DNA of 64,000 bases from a virus. A program made the translations under genes and the position numbers. The notes under the pieces are model-generated. The model was not told where the DNA came from. It saw nothing but the letters and a program-made list of their open reading frames with translations, and did no database searches. The stretch covers positions 40,983 to 104,982 of IMG/VR virus record IMGVR_UViG_3300020156_000022; one strand, written 5' to 3'. Shown here in pieces: positions 44,801-53,275 of this stretch; position 1 is the stretch's first letter; the number at the start of each line of letters is the position of its first letter.

Positions 44801-46605
44801 GCGTTAAAGAATGAACTTACAATACTCCCAAGGTTTTTGAAGATCTGCCAAAGAGACTGTAAACTTTCTTTAGTTTCGTCTAGGAAGTCAGCAATAGACC
44901 CGTTAGATCTAGCCTGAGCTGACCAATCAGCAAAGGCGTCTGCCCCTTCTTTTAATGCACGGGTAATCCATGTAGTAAAAGGACCAGCAGCAATGGCAAT
45001 ATTACGGAATACATTAGCAAGACTGAGTCCTGCACGAGCCATATTGGTAATTACCGTATAGTTGTTTTCAGAAATAGTTCTGAAGTCTCTCTTCCAAGGA
45101 CCAGAAGTAATCATTCTGATACCTTCGTCTGCAACCTTGCCCAAGGCACTTGCAGATCTACCAAAGAAATTCTCAGCTATAGGCAATAAAGTATTAAGGC
45201 GATCAGTGGAATCAACAACTTCCTTGAAGAAGTTTTCTCCGACAATTTCAGAAGTTTTTGCCCACTTATTAGAAAAGTCAACAATGGCTTTTGTGACATC
45301 TCGTGTGGCAGGAGCCATATCCTTAAGCGCAAGGTTGTACTTCTGGGTGGCAGTCAAAGCCTTATCTGTGCCTAAACGTGCCTGTTCTTTTACCTGAGAT
45401 TCTTCAATTTCAGCTTTCTGAGCTTCTTTTAAAACATCTCCAAAGCCCCCAAAAGCACTCGTAAGGCCTCCTATAGCGCCGATAGCAGCAAAACCTAATC
45501 CAGGAATGGCAGCAATAGCTCCACCAGCAGCGCCTATACCACTAGCCAAGCTTAATGCTCCACCACCTAATGCTCCAATTCCAGAAATAAGAGCAGGAAT
45601 AGCAGATACCAAAACAGCAATAAGTCCTGGCATTCTATAAAGCTCACCAGAAACTCTACCTAATCTTTGTAATAGCCTAGAGCTTGATTCGGAGAAGTCA
45701 TCGAATCCTGAAATAAAGCTTCGAAGGAATCCTCCACCGCCCCCACCAGCAGATGCGGCCTGTCGCAACTTGGTAAATACACTAGTGCCTCTATCAGCTT
45801 CCTCGAATACACGAGTCATATCTGCCATAGCAGTTAACGCCCAGAAACGAAAAGACTTTCCAGAAGGTAGCGCATCAATTTTTTCAAGTTCTCGCCTGAT
45901 ACGTTCAGCATCTTTTAATGCTTCAGCTCCAAGTTCATCCTTTAGGCTACGAGAGATAGTGCGAATATCGCCTAAAGCTCTATTAGATAAAATTCTGACA
46001 TTAATGTCAGTGTCCTCGTGAGCTAGTTTTTTAAGTTCAAACTCAATAGCTGCAATACTTTGGTTGGCATCTTCTGCGTCAACATCAAGAACTAACGGAT
46101 CTAACTTTAGTTGACTTAATGTACGATTTAGTGTTCGTAGCCTGCCACCTAGTGAACTATTAATCTTGTCTTCTGCTCGCTTAGCAAAGTCTTCACCAGC
46201 AGATTCTCCAGCCTTGCCAAAAGTATCCTGAAAAGCTTTAATAGTAGCTTGAATTAGCTGACGGTTTCCACCAGAGTTATTACTCCTTTGAATGCCTCGT
46301 CCTAATCCTTTATGATAAGAAGACCCTGCTTCCTCACCGGCTTTTCCAGCGGCATCTCCACGATTAAGGTCAGCAATAGCTGCTTTGGCTGAGTTTGCAC
46401 TTTCGCGTTCAGCACGTGCACGATTCTGCTTTGATGCAGTAATTTTTTGATCGTCAGAAAGAGATTGAGAATTAAGCTTAGCTTCCTCTTCACGCAATTC
46501 TCTTAATGCACGGCGAGCATCGCGTGCAGCACGAATTAGGCTATCGAATTCTCCGAGGGCGCGATAACGAGATACGTGTTCTGAACCACTGCCGGGACTA
46601 GTCAC
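41881..46605 (-). CDS. Tape measure protein with C-terminal putative peptidoglycan hydrolase
   Basis: 1574 aa Ala/Gly-rich helical; GAGTRTSDSIRAWLSNGEFV; YHALGRAVD...HDH. Confidence 0.92.
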   Translation of the reverse strand: MTSPGSGSEHVSRYRALGEFDSLIRAARDARRALRELREEEAKLNSQSLSDDQKITASKQNRARAERESANSAKAAIADLNRGDAAGKAGEEAGSSYHKGLGRGIQRSNNSGGNRQLIQATIKAFQDTFGKAGESAGEDFAKRAEDKINSSLGGRLRTLNRTLSQLKLDPLVLDVDAEDANQSIAAIEFELKKLAHEDTDINVRILSNRALGDIRTISRSLKDELGAEALKDAERIRRELEKIDALPSGKSFRFWALTAMADMTRVFEEADRGTSVFTKLRQAASAGGGGGGFLRSFISGFDDFSESSSRLLQRLGRVSGELYRMPGLIAVLVSAIPALISGIGALGGGALSLASGIGAAGGAIAAIPGLGFAAIGAIGGLTSAFGGFGDVLKEAQKAEIEESQVKEQARLGTDKALTATQKYNLALKDMAPATRDVTKAIVDFSNKWAKTSEIVGENFFKEVVDSTDRLNTLLPIAENFFGRSASALGKVADEGIRMITSGPWKRDFRTISENNYTVITNMARAGLSLANVFRNIAIAAGPFTTWITRALKEGADAFADWSAQARSNGSIADFLDETKESLQSLWQIFKNLGSIVSSFFNATVDEGQSYLRTLEDITGHWADVADAQEQANSPLREWMTNIRPVLSALGDLIRDLARGIGNLASNQSNIQTMIDLLDTLRTRVLPPILEILQHLNDSGIAVTVAEALGDMLEAISTFLESGAASALTVFVTVLANFAELLFNIASLPGVSNVLGGLAAGLAALAAVSIVARFTGLFKLWDFFTWMVRNRGNLSGAFADAARNAAGLQSSGQSAPIARNTPSPIAGIGSEIVGGGNTARSIENTGRAAENANGKVSVFSRTVGGLSTAGSRVQGALGGLVGFLGGPWGIALSAAAVGVTFLVDSLMGQRREAEDTKNAFQALKSAYSDLSQGNTDQVNQLAETDKKFKELAERAERFGVSLTDVSGALNDNDQNLTRVNTQLDAQIATYERLRIAALEAGGPTAAIPYKQLKDEAIEFKDSINQVAEAQSRNNELTKTSADSARTYQDRLAGMTQAQVDSVVAAGDLEARIQTLSSALDTMSSATSTARDRSSALSDIIKAEYGEMMTANEATENWNSQILTLKESVEANGKSLSVHSREGLRNRDALQAAAKAARDLYLEDIASGVPMKEATQRHRDRIKELQKEADKALGTKKETRDLIKMYGEVPEDVQTELSTKGYVKVYQEMQDLKALQASLQSGKSLKEAEREVEESKARASMKGWGDGYGAPGFRSGGPVWGAGTRTSDSIRAWLSNGEFVHPTDAVEYYGLPVMEALRQKKLDRTVVAEALPDVSNDKFASGGTVHSKECPICASGGHKFAKGGGVGWPFPVDVSDTMIKKAWAEVGLGGAGGPGGYKWQMQVLRQRFPGLPLISGPRPGARTLSGNRSYHALGRAVDLPPRRDVAQWIRSNFGARTKELITPYNDLNIWNGKPHRYTGAVWNQHNFAGGNPHDHWAFNQGGLVDLMEMLNMQNIMPKQQTSLPTTPRTLSPAASSVVNNSTDNTRTFGDVIINNPMPERAGDSIRDALYRTQLLY

Positions 46606-46629
46606 CGCGCTACCTCCAAGGTTTTATAG

Positions 46630-47052
46630 TTAGCCTGGTGGTGGATTGTCCATACCAAAAGCTAACATCTCTAGCATTTCAAAACTATTCTTATCTGCCG
46701 ACTTTTCAAAGTTCTCCTGAGTAGCAACATCTTGAGTAGATCCATGAACTGGCAAATTACTGGATACAGATTTGGATTCGACCTTGCCGAATTCCTGGTA
46801 TTCTTCATAATCTATCGTCAAATTTGATGCATACGTCATCAAATCTTCATTAGCATTAGCTCCGGCAGCAGCAGCGACCATAGCAATACTTCTAGTTTGC
46901 CAAGAGATAATCAAACGCTGTTCACGTCTTTGATTATATTTATCTTCAAGTATGACTGCCAAGATTTGCCTGATACGACGTAAGGTTTTATCTAGAATCT
47001 CATCATCATCCCAACGATAGGTAGAGCTGATAGTATGAAAGACTCTAGCCAT
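46630..47052 (-). CDS. Tail assembly chaperone, frameshift extension (GT-like)
   Basis: In the -1 frame of the upstream chaperone, open from the slippery site. Confidence 0.8.
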   Translation of the reverse strand: MARVFHTISSTYRWDDDEILDKTLRRIRQILAVILEDKYNQRREQRLIISWQTRSIAMVAAAAGANANEDLMTYASNLTIDYEEYQEFGKVESKSVSSNLPVHGSTQDVATQENFEKSADKNSFEMLEMLAFGMDNPPPG

Positions 47053-47087
47053 AGGACCTACCAGCTCTAACCCAGGAATATCTGGGA

Positions 47088-47612
47088 TTATTCGGTTGAG
47101 TTCTGTACTGTCAGATTCTCTGGAACTTGCCCTGTCTTCTTCGCCAGGTCGAACATTGCCATTAGTCGTTTTCCCAAGGCTTGCAGATCTTCTGCTTCAC
47201 GCTTAACAATAGCTTCAACTAAAGTTACTAGATCTTCTAGTTCTGGGTTATACAGCTCATCGAATAGTTCATCATTAAGACGTTTATTCTCAGCGATCTC
47301 ATCTTTACTGAGTCTACGACCAGCTTTTTCGCCTACAGGACGAGCCATAGATAATAGGAAGTCAATTACTTCCTCTTCGGCATCAGGAATAGCAAAACCT
47401 ACTAAAGCAATCAGCTTCCCGCCAAACTCTTCAGGAGTATCTTCAGGGGAAAATTTAACATTCAAAAGCATGCCCCCCGCACCATGAGTAATGATACGTA
47501 GTAGCTTAAAGAATTGACGTGCCTTAAGTGGCTGCAAAACAACCTGTGTGCCGGTAGATAGGGTAACTACGTCACCCTCATCGACAATAACTTCAATGTC
47601 GGATTTTGCCAT
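47088..47612 (-). CDS. Tail assembly chaperone (G-like)
   Basis: Between major tail and tape measure genes; contains G GGA AAA slippery site. Confidence 0.85.
   Translation of the reverse strand: MAKSDIEVIVDEGDVVTLSTGTQVVLQPLKARQFFKLLRIITHGAGGMLLNVKFSPEDTPEEFGGKLIALVGFAIPDAEEEVIDFLLSMARPVGEKAGRRLSKDEIAENKRLNDELFDELYNPELEDLVTLVEAIVKREAEDLQALGKRLMAMFDLAKKTGQVPENLTVQNSTE
47169..47175 (-). other. -1 programmed ribosomal frameshift site GGGAAAA
   Basis: TTG GGA AAA CGA; the -1 frame continues without a stop into MARVFH. Confidence 0.85.
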
Positions 47613-47655
47613 TATTGACTCCTGGTCTACTTGGACTTATTAGATTTTGTTAATA

Positions 47656-48213
47656 TCAAGCTGAGCGGTTAACGATACGCCCAATTGCGCGCTTTGTTAG
47701 CGGAGTACCCTTTTCATCCTTGTCAGAAATAACTGCTCGACCTGTGTAGTTAAGCAATAGTCCAGACTTGTAGGATGGACCGGTGAAGTTAATAGGACCG
47801 AAGATCACCTTATAGAGAATGAAGTCCATAACTCTAATAGCTCCATCGCTGTCCTTGGATGGGCAGCGAATCAGCATAGGTCGAGCAGGCTGATTTACGG
47901 AATCTTCTTCCCATAGACCCATGGAGTAGGTAGTTCCTGCTCCTGAGCCAGATGAAGTCAAAGTAGCTCCAGATAGAAGCTGAATTGTACGGAATGGTAG
48001 ATAGCCAGCTTCAACGGTAACTGTGGCGAAGTTCAGCCAGAACCATGATGACAGTACGTAGTCATCACCGGTGTTATCATAGTTACCAGTATCAGCAGCA
48101 ATAGTTCCAGAACGTACACCATAAATGTCGCCAAACTCTTCCTCAGTACCGTCAGTACCATCTAAGATAGCTGCATGGCTGATAGAAAAGCCTTCAAAAT
48201 TAGTGCCAGCCAT
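47656..48213 (-). CDS. Major tail protein
   Basis: Size and position upstream of chaperones; strong SD and late motif. Confidence 0.8.
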   Translation of the reverse strand: MAGTNFEGFSISHAAILDGTDGTEEEFGDIYGVRSGTIAADTGNYDNTGDDYVLSSWFWLNFATVTVEAGYLPFRTIQLLSGATLTSSGSGAGTTYSMGLWEEDSVNQPARPMLIRCPSKDSDGAIRVMDFILYKVIFGPINFTGPSYKSGLLLNYTGRAVISDKDEKGTPLTKRAIGRIVNRSA

Positions 48214-48276
48214 ATAAATCTCCTTTTCTTAGTTCTAGGAGCCATATGGTCCTAGCGTTTTCTTTGGCTACTTAAA

Positions 48277-48286
48277 TAATCGGCAA
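48277..48286 (-). promoter_or_regulatory. Late promoter motif TTGCCGATTA
   Basis: Recurrent GCCGAT motif upstream of structural genes. Confidence 0.65.
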
Positions 48287-48321
48287 GCAGTAATAACCTA
48301 TTTGGATTATCCTGCGCTATT

Positions 48322-48567
48322 TTAATAAGCAGTCACTTTGCTGGTCACACAATTACCTTGTGTATCGTAATAATGCAACACACGCTTAGCACTAGGTGCA
48401 CCATTTAATCTGGCCCACTTAGCACAATCAGCACAAGCGATTTCCATATACATGCCTTCAACAGGCATGTGCTCTTGCTTAAGTACAAGAAATAGTTTTT
48501 TGAACTTTCCTGGACAACGTATTTCTACACTGTTCTCTGGCACCTTAAAGTTTTCATCTATCCACAT
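48322..48567 (-). CDS. Small Cys-containing hypothetical protein
   Basis: IRCP..IACADC; overlaps end of glycosyltransferase. Confidence 0.65.
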   Translation of the reverse strand: MWIDENFKVPENSVEIRCPGKFKKLFLVLKQEHMPVEGMYMEIACADCAKWARLNGAPSAKRVLHYYDTQGNCVTSKVTAY

Positions 48568-49675
48568 ATTCTGCTCCTGCCATTAACGATTTTTCATAAA
48601 TCTTAGAGCCTTCGCCAGGAACAGCCTGAGATACCTTCAGATATAATTTCTTAACGACATTATCCCAGCTATGTGTTTGAGGAATAACTTCCGCTGCTAG
48701 GTCAGCTTTTCGTTTTACTTCAGCTCTGTTTCTAAATGTGTGCAACATGAGAGCTTTCATATGGTCTTTATCGGCCCTAGCATTTAATACTTTAGGGTTA
48801 TCATCTAAAGGCATTAACTTATAGTCCAGGGGATAGGCATACTCAGGAGACAGCCATCCTGTATGGCCACCCCAATTAGTAGCAATTACCGCTCCGCCCA
48901 TAGCTTGAAATTCTAGTGCAGGCATATTCTTCCCTTCTCCGCGAGAAGGAGCGCAGAGAACATGCTGAACAGAATAGAATTGTTTTAAGACATCCTCGGG
49001 CCAAGAATCATAATGCACTCGTAATTTTGGAACCCATTGCTCCATTGCAGAATGCAATCCTGGTGACATAGTTTTGAGGTGTAGTTCTGCGGGCTCAAAT
49101 TCTTCAGGATATTCTTCTTTTAGCTCTTTAAAGGCCATGATGGTTACGAAAGGATCTTTTCTTTCATGCAGCATACCTGTCATGCAAAACCCGAATCTGT
49201 TACTAAACCAATCCTTTTCTACCTTAGGCCAATTCTCAGGCAGAAACCCACCCTGAAGTATTTCTAGTTTTGTGCTTTTTGGGTTTATGTAAGGTAGAAA
49301 GCAATCTTTAGTAACCTGATCATAGCCTAGAAGTAGATCATATCTACTTAGAGCTTTGCGTAATTTTGATCTACCCTTTAGGTTGTTGAAGTTGGTATAT
49401 TCCCACATTGACCAACCTACTGTTACTTTACTGGCTCTACGTTCTTCAGGTAGTAGACCCATTTGGCCAGGATCTACATGATGAATCATCAAATCGAACG
49501 GAGCTTCTAACCGCTTGCTGAATAGACTCAACACGTCGGGAGGCAGTGGAGCATCGACATGAGTTGGCTGAACATAGACATCTGCACCACTTCGAATAAG
49601 AGCACGTGCCAGACCTATCCCGTCGTTGCCGTATCCTGTATAAGTAGATAGTGGAGTCTTCAATAGTACCTTCAA
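48554..49675 (-). CDS. Glycosyltransferase (GT-B, GT4-like)
   Basis: TGYG, ERKD, APSRGEGKNMPALEFQAMG..VIATNWGGH. Confidence 0.9.
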   Translation of the reverse strand: MKVLLKTPLSTYTGYGNDGIGLARALIRSGADVYVQPTHVDAPLPPDVLSLFSKRLEAPFDLMIHHVDPGQMGLLPEERRASKVTVGWSMWEYTNFNNLKGRSKLRKALSRYDLLLGYDQVTKDCFLPYINPKSTKLEILQGGFLPENWPKVEKDWFSNRFGFCMTGMLHERKDPFVTIMAFKELKEEYPEEFEPAELHLKTMSPGLHSAMEQWVPKLRVHYDSWPEDVLKQFYSVQHVLCAPSRGEGKNMPALEFQAMGGAVIATNWGGHTGWLSPEYAYPLDYKLMPLDDNPKVLNARADKDHMKALMLHTFRNRAEVKRKADLAAEVIPQTHSWDNVVKKLYLKVSQAVPGEGSKIYEKSLMAGAEYVDR

Positions 49676-49723
49676 TTTATCCTCCTGGGATCTAGAGTTA
49701 CTAAAAGTACTATCGGATTAAAA

Positions 49724-50206
49724 TCAGAAAAATACTGAGTAGTATACGGAAGCTATCATTATTCCATCACCATCAGTTACAGCGACAGGCTCACTTAAAT
49801 CAACAATTCTATCAGAACTGATAGTAACTAAATCGCCCCACATTTGCATTTCAGGATTTACTCGATGCAGGTACTTGTCAACAACCTTAAAAGTATCATT
49901 CAATTTAAGTCTGACAGATTTACTACCTATCAAATTTCCTGACGCATCACGAGTACCGTTGGCCCAAATAGTTACTCGTAACCTACGACCTCGGTATCTG
50001 CTCAATCCTGTAATATTGGCGTAAGGCCCTGCGTCTTCTACTACAATTGCACTGACAGCTTCGTATTGGCCATCTTCTAGATTAGCAAGCATTTCATCTC
50101 TAAAAATGAAAGGTTTCAATGAGACAGAAAATTTGCCAACACTATTAACTACTTCAGAAATACCTAGAAGATACTTTGCGCAAGCTCCTTGTAAATCGTC
50201 TGCCAT
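49724..50206 (-). CDS. Tail terminator-like protein
   Basis: Position in head-tail joining block. Confidence 0.6.
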   Translation of the reverse strand: MADDLQGACAKYLLGISEVVNSVGKFSVSLKPFIFRDEMLANLEDGQYEAVSAIVVEDAGPYANITGLSRYRGRRLRVTIWANGTRDASGNLIGSKSVRLKLNDTFKVVDKYLHRVNPEMQMWGDLVTISSDRIVDLSEPVAVTDGDGIMIASVYYSVFF

Positions 50207-50207
50207 A

Positions 50208-50570
50208 TCAACCTCCTAGGAATTTGTTCATAGCTGCAATATACTCATGGCCTAGAGCTTCAGCAGGACGTAAGAAATCGTGGTTTAGTCCTCGTTCACG
50301 CTCATATTCAGCATAATCTACAGGGTTGTGAATACCTTGCGATGGGCCACCATAAGAAATTTCTCCCTCCCAGTAGGTTTGTCCAGCATCACTGGAAAGT
50401 TTACCTGAGGATTTTAAACTTCTAGTAATAACGTGCACCGCAGCTTGAGTAGCACGAAATTGTTCAGTAAGGACACGCTCAAACTCGGCAATATCTTCTA
50501 AAGACAAGCCATTAGCTAAGCGATTAACTTCGTCCTCTATTCCGTCAGAAAACTTTTCAATCTTTATCAT
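50208..50570 (-). CDS. HK97 gp10-like neck protein
   Basis: VHVITRSLKSSG, VDYAEYE, FLRPA. Confidence 0.7.
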   Translation of the reverse strand: MIKIEKFSDGIEDEVNRLANGLSLEDIAEFERVLTEQFRATQAAVHVITRSLKSSGKLSSDAGQTYWEGEISYGGPSQGIHNPVDYAEYERERGLNHDFLRPAEALGHEYIAAMNKFLGG

Positions 50571-50983
50571 GATGGTGCTCCTGCTGGATACCTCAAGCTA
50601 GCTTGCGCCACCTCGAATACTTGAACTTCAATATGGTGAGTACCATTAAAATCTTGAGCCTCATCAGGTCTCATTTTCATCATGAAGGATGAACCTATAT
50701 GCGGACCCTTAACTACACGAACAATTTGTCCGCTTTGAAGTGCAGGTGAATAAGAGCAGAACATAATTCCAGTCCTATCCGGACTACGGCCCGCAACAAC
50801 AGGAGAAGGTTGATCCTTACCTACTCGCAAAAAGTTAAGGTCTAATCTGCATTTCATTATTCCTGGGGGCTGCGTTCTATCAAAACTAGCTCCTGACTTT
50901 TGCCAGGTTTGTACACGAGCACCATCTACAACATCAGTAACAGATTGTAAAACTTCTACAGTAGAGTTAAATAAGTGTCGCAT
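50567..50983 (-). CDS. Head-to-tail stopper/adaptor
   Basis: Position; THHIEV motif. Confidence 0.65.
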   Translation of the reverse strand: MRHLFNSTVEVLQSVTDVVDGARVQTWQKSGASFDRTQPPGIMKCRLDLNFLRVGKDQPSPVVAGRSPDRTGIMFCSYSPALQSGQIVRVVKGPHIGSSFMMKMRPDEAQDFNGTHHIEVQVFEVAQASLRYPAGAPS

Positions 50984-50995
50984 AATTAACTCCTC

Positions 50996-51523
50996 TCAGT
51001 AGAAAAATGTTATTCTTGTTTCTGGGGGACTATTAAATGCGTCTACATCGTTTAATAGTCTACGGGTGCCACTACCACCAACTATTTTAGATCTACCTTC
51101 AGAGGAAGTCTCAATGCCGTCCCACTCCATGCCTTCAATAGACCCTGTAGACCCGATGGCGGAGCTTCCTGACTTGAGTTTACTTACTGCTAGATCAAAC
51201 CACATAACTCCAGTAGCATCACCTTTTTTGACAGCAGAAACTGTTCTGCTATAAGAATAAGATCCAATACTTTCGGATTGGTAAGGAGATGCTGAAGCTT
51301 CTCGATATGGCTGACTTAGATAAATCTTGTCAGCCATATCTAAAATTCCATACTTAGCTAGCTTAGATTGATCTAAGTCAGTTGGGTATTCATTAATACC
51401 TGTGGCTAGATAGAAAAGTAATGTAGCTTGAGCTAGCGCCTCACCGGCAAAATCGTTAAAACTTGTACTTTCACGACCTGTAAATATAGCTAAATCAGCT
51501 ACAGTAGGGGACGCTAGCGCCAT
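50996..51523 (-). CDS. Head-to-tail adaptor
   Basis: QSESIGSYSYS motif. Confidence 0.75.
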   Translation of the reverse strand: MALASPTVADLAIFTGRESTSFNDFAGEALAQATLLFYLATGINEYPTDLDQSKLAKYGILDMADKIYLSQPYREASASPYQSESIGSYSYSRTVSAVKKGDATGVMWFDLAVSKLKSGSSAIGSTGSIEGMEWDGIETSSEGRSKIVGGSGTRRLLNDVDAFNSPPETRITFFY

Positions 51524-51528
51524 AACTA

Positions 51529-52227
51529 TTACCTCTTCTCAAAGAATACTTTGCCGTAACGTTCCATCTGCTCATCCGCAGATAGTTCATACCAGACATT
51601 GCCCTCGGCGTCCTGATGAGTCTTCTTACTAGCCTCATTATCTTCAAGCACAAGAACTTGTCCAGCTTTCCAAACACGTGCTGCTACAGTAAGCCCAGAT
51701 TCTAAGAATTCAATTTCGAGATGCTCACGCTCATCGTTATCAGGGTCGTTAGAACCTTCAATATTTTTAGCATCAAGTACAGATTCAGTTTGACGAACTC
51801 GTGCACGACGCTTTTCTGCTTCTGGGTCATCTGTAATTAGCTCAGGAAATGGCTTACTTACGTCAAATTTAACTCCAGCCGCATCTTCAAGAATTACTGG
51901 CTCTGGGTGGCGGTCAACCATTTCTAACCCTGGATTCATTTGGTTATGCACAGTTTCATCAACCTCATGAGCGGGGGCCATCTTTGGAACCTCAGCTACT
52001 TCTGGCTCAGGATTAGTAGATTCGCGTTCTTCTGTTGAAGTTCCAGGGTTTTCCTGATTCTCTACAGGCTTATCTACATCATTAGCTGCGGCTGTTTTGG
52101 CAACTTCTGGCTCTTGAGTTTCCTCTGTAGATTCGCGTGCCTCTACATTAATTCCAGGGTTTTCCTGGTTTTCTACAGTCGGGTCTACCTTCTTGGCAGC
52201 CGCAGACTTCTTTACCCTTGGTGGCAT
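51529..52227 (-). CDS. Acidic protein with N-terminal tandem repeats
   Basis: Three V(E/H)NQ.NPG repeats about 37 aa apart. Confidence 0.75.
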   Translation of the reverse strand: MPPRVKKSAAAKKVDPTVENQENPGINVEARESTEETQEPEVAKTAAANDVDKPVENQENPGTSTEERESTNPEPEVAEVPKMAPAHEVDETVHNQMNPGLEMVDRHPEPVILEDAAGVKFDVSKPFPELITDDPEAEKRRARVRQTESVLDAKNIEGSNDPDNDEREHLEIEFLESGLTVAARVWKAGQVLVLEDNEASKKTHQDAEGNVWYELSADEQMERYGKVFFEKR

Positions 52228-52248
52228 TAAAGATCACAACCTTTCAGT

Positions 52249-52593
52249 CTATTTTCCATGTGTAACATCGTCATATTGACCAGATAAGCGCTTACGCAAC
52301 TTTTGGCCTCTTTTACCAAATTGTACTTGAAAGAATCCTACAATAGATGTCAACATAGTTATAGCTAACACCCAGAAGATTGTTAATCTTACCCACTCAA
52401 CACCTGGAAGAGATACGTTCCAAATACGAAGTGAAAGATAAGCGCACAAAATCAGTACGCTAACCGCAAAAATAGCAATTACTGTACCAACAAAGCTTTT
52501 ACGCCATCTAGATAAAGTAAGATACATAGCAGTAAACACTAATGTGCTAAATGTGAAGGCCAGGAAGCCAACATCTCCCCAAAATTCTAACAT
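52249..52593 (-). CDS. Three-TM membrane protein (possible holin)
   Basis: Three hydrophobic helices, basic C-terminus. Confidence 0.65.
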   Translation of the reverse strand: MLEFWGDVGFLAFTFSTLVFTAMYLTLSRWRKSFVGTVIAIFAVSVLILCAYLSLRIWNVSLPGVEWVRLTIFWVLAITMLTSIVGFFQVQFGKRGQKLRKRLSGQYDDVTHGK

Positions 52594-52604
52594 ACTAGCC
52601 TCCC

Positions 52605-52787
52605 TTACTCATTAAATAATTCTTCAAGCATCAGGCGAAAATGATTCCTTCTCCTAAGCTCGCGAAACCTACTAGTTAAATCGTCAACCTTTTCAAATCT
52701 GTTTTCAGTTGACTTCTTAGCTTCATCTAACTCATGCTGCACAGCGTTAAGTTCCTTCTCTTCGTCCGGATTGTGGTTAGCAGTCAT
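52605..52787 (-). CDS. Small hypothetical protein
   Basis: RRRNHF motif, GGAGG SD. Confidence 0.65.
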   Translation of the reverse strand: MTANHNPDEEKELNAVQHELDEAKKSTENRFEKVDDLTSRFRELRRRNHFRLMLEELFNE

Positions 52788-52789
52788 TA

Positions 52790-53188
52790 TCAGCCCTCCC
52801 TACCTGGACGCACTACGTGAGTAGTTTTACGAGTTTTTTGCTCATCTGATTGGCCAAATTTTGCCCCGTGAACTGCTTCTAGTAACTTAACTGAAGTCTC
52901 ACTCAACTCTGTAACAATGTCGAGCTGCCTTGTCTGCATATTTACAATCTGTAACGCTTCCGCAGTTTTGTCTTTCCACTCTTGTTCACGTTCTCTGGAT
53001 TCTACTATTCTAGCTTCATAGTTAGCTTTCATCTCAGTAATACGAGCTTCCTGGGACTCATGCACCTTTTGAACAGATGCAGGAGTTAATAGCCAACCTC
53101 TTACCAAAGCAATGAACAGCAAAGGCAAAGGACCAATTGTACCAATCCAAGGCCCAATGGCATCTAATGCACCTTGTACTACCTCCAT
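52790..53188 (-). CDS. Membrane-anchored coiled-coil protein
   Basis: N-terminal TM then RGWL, coiled coil. Confidence 0.7.
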   Translation of the reverse strand: MEVVQGALDAIGPWIGTIGPLPLLFIALVRGWLLTPASVQKVHESQEARITEMKANYEARIVESREREQEWKDKTAEALQIVNMQTRQLDIVTELSETSVKLLEAVHGAKFGQSDEQKTRKTTHVVRPGREG

Positions 53189-53258
53189 GATACCTGCCTA
53201 TAAGATAAAAGCCGGAACGCCCGTAAGCGCCCGGCTTTAACTACTGCCTACAATTAAA

Positions 53259-53268
53259 TTATCGGCAG
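53259..53268 (-). promoter_or_regulatory. Late promoter motif CTGCCGATAA
   Basis: Exact sigma-28 -10 consensus GCCGATAA in intergenic space. Confidence 0.7.
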
Positions 53269-53275
53269 AATCATA

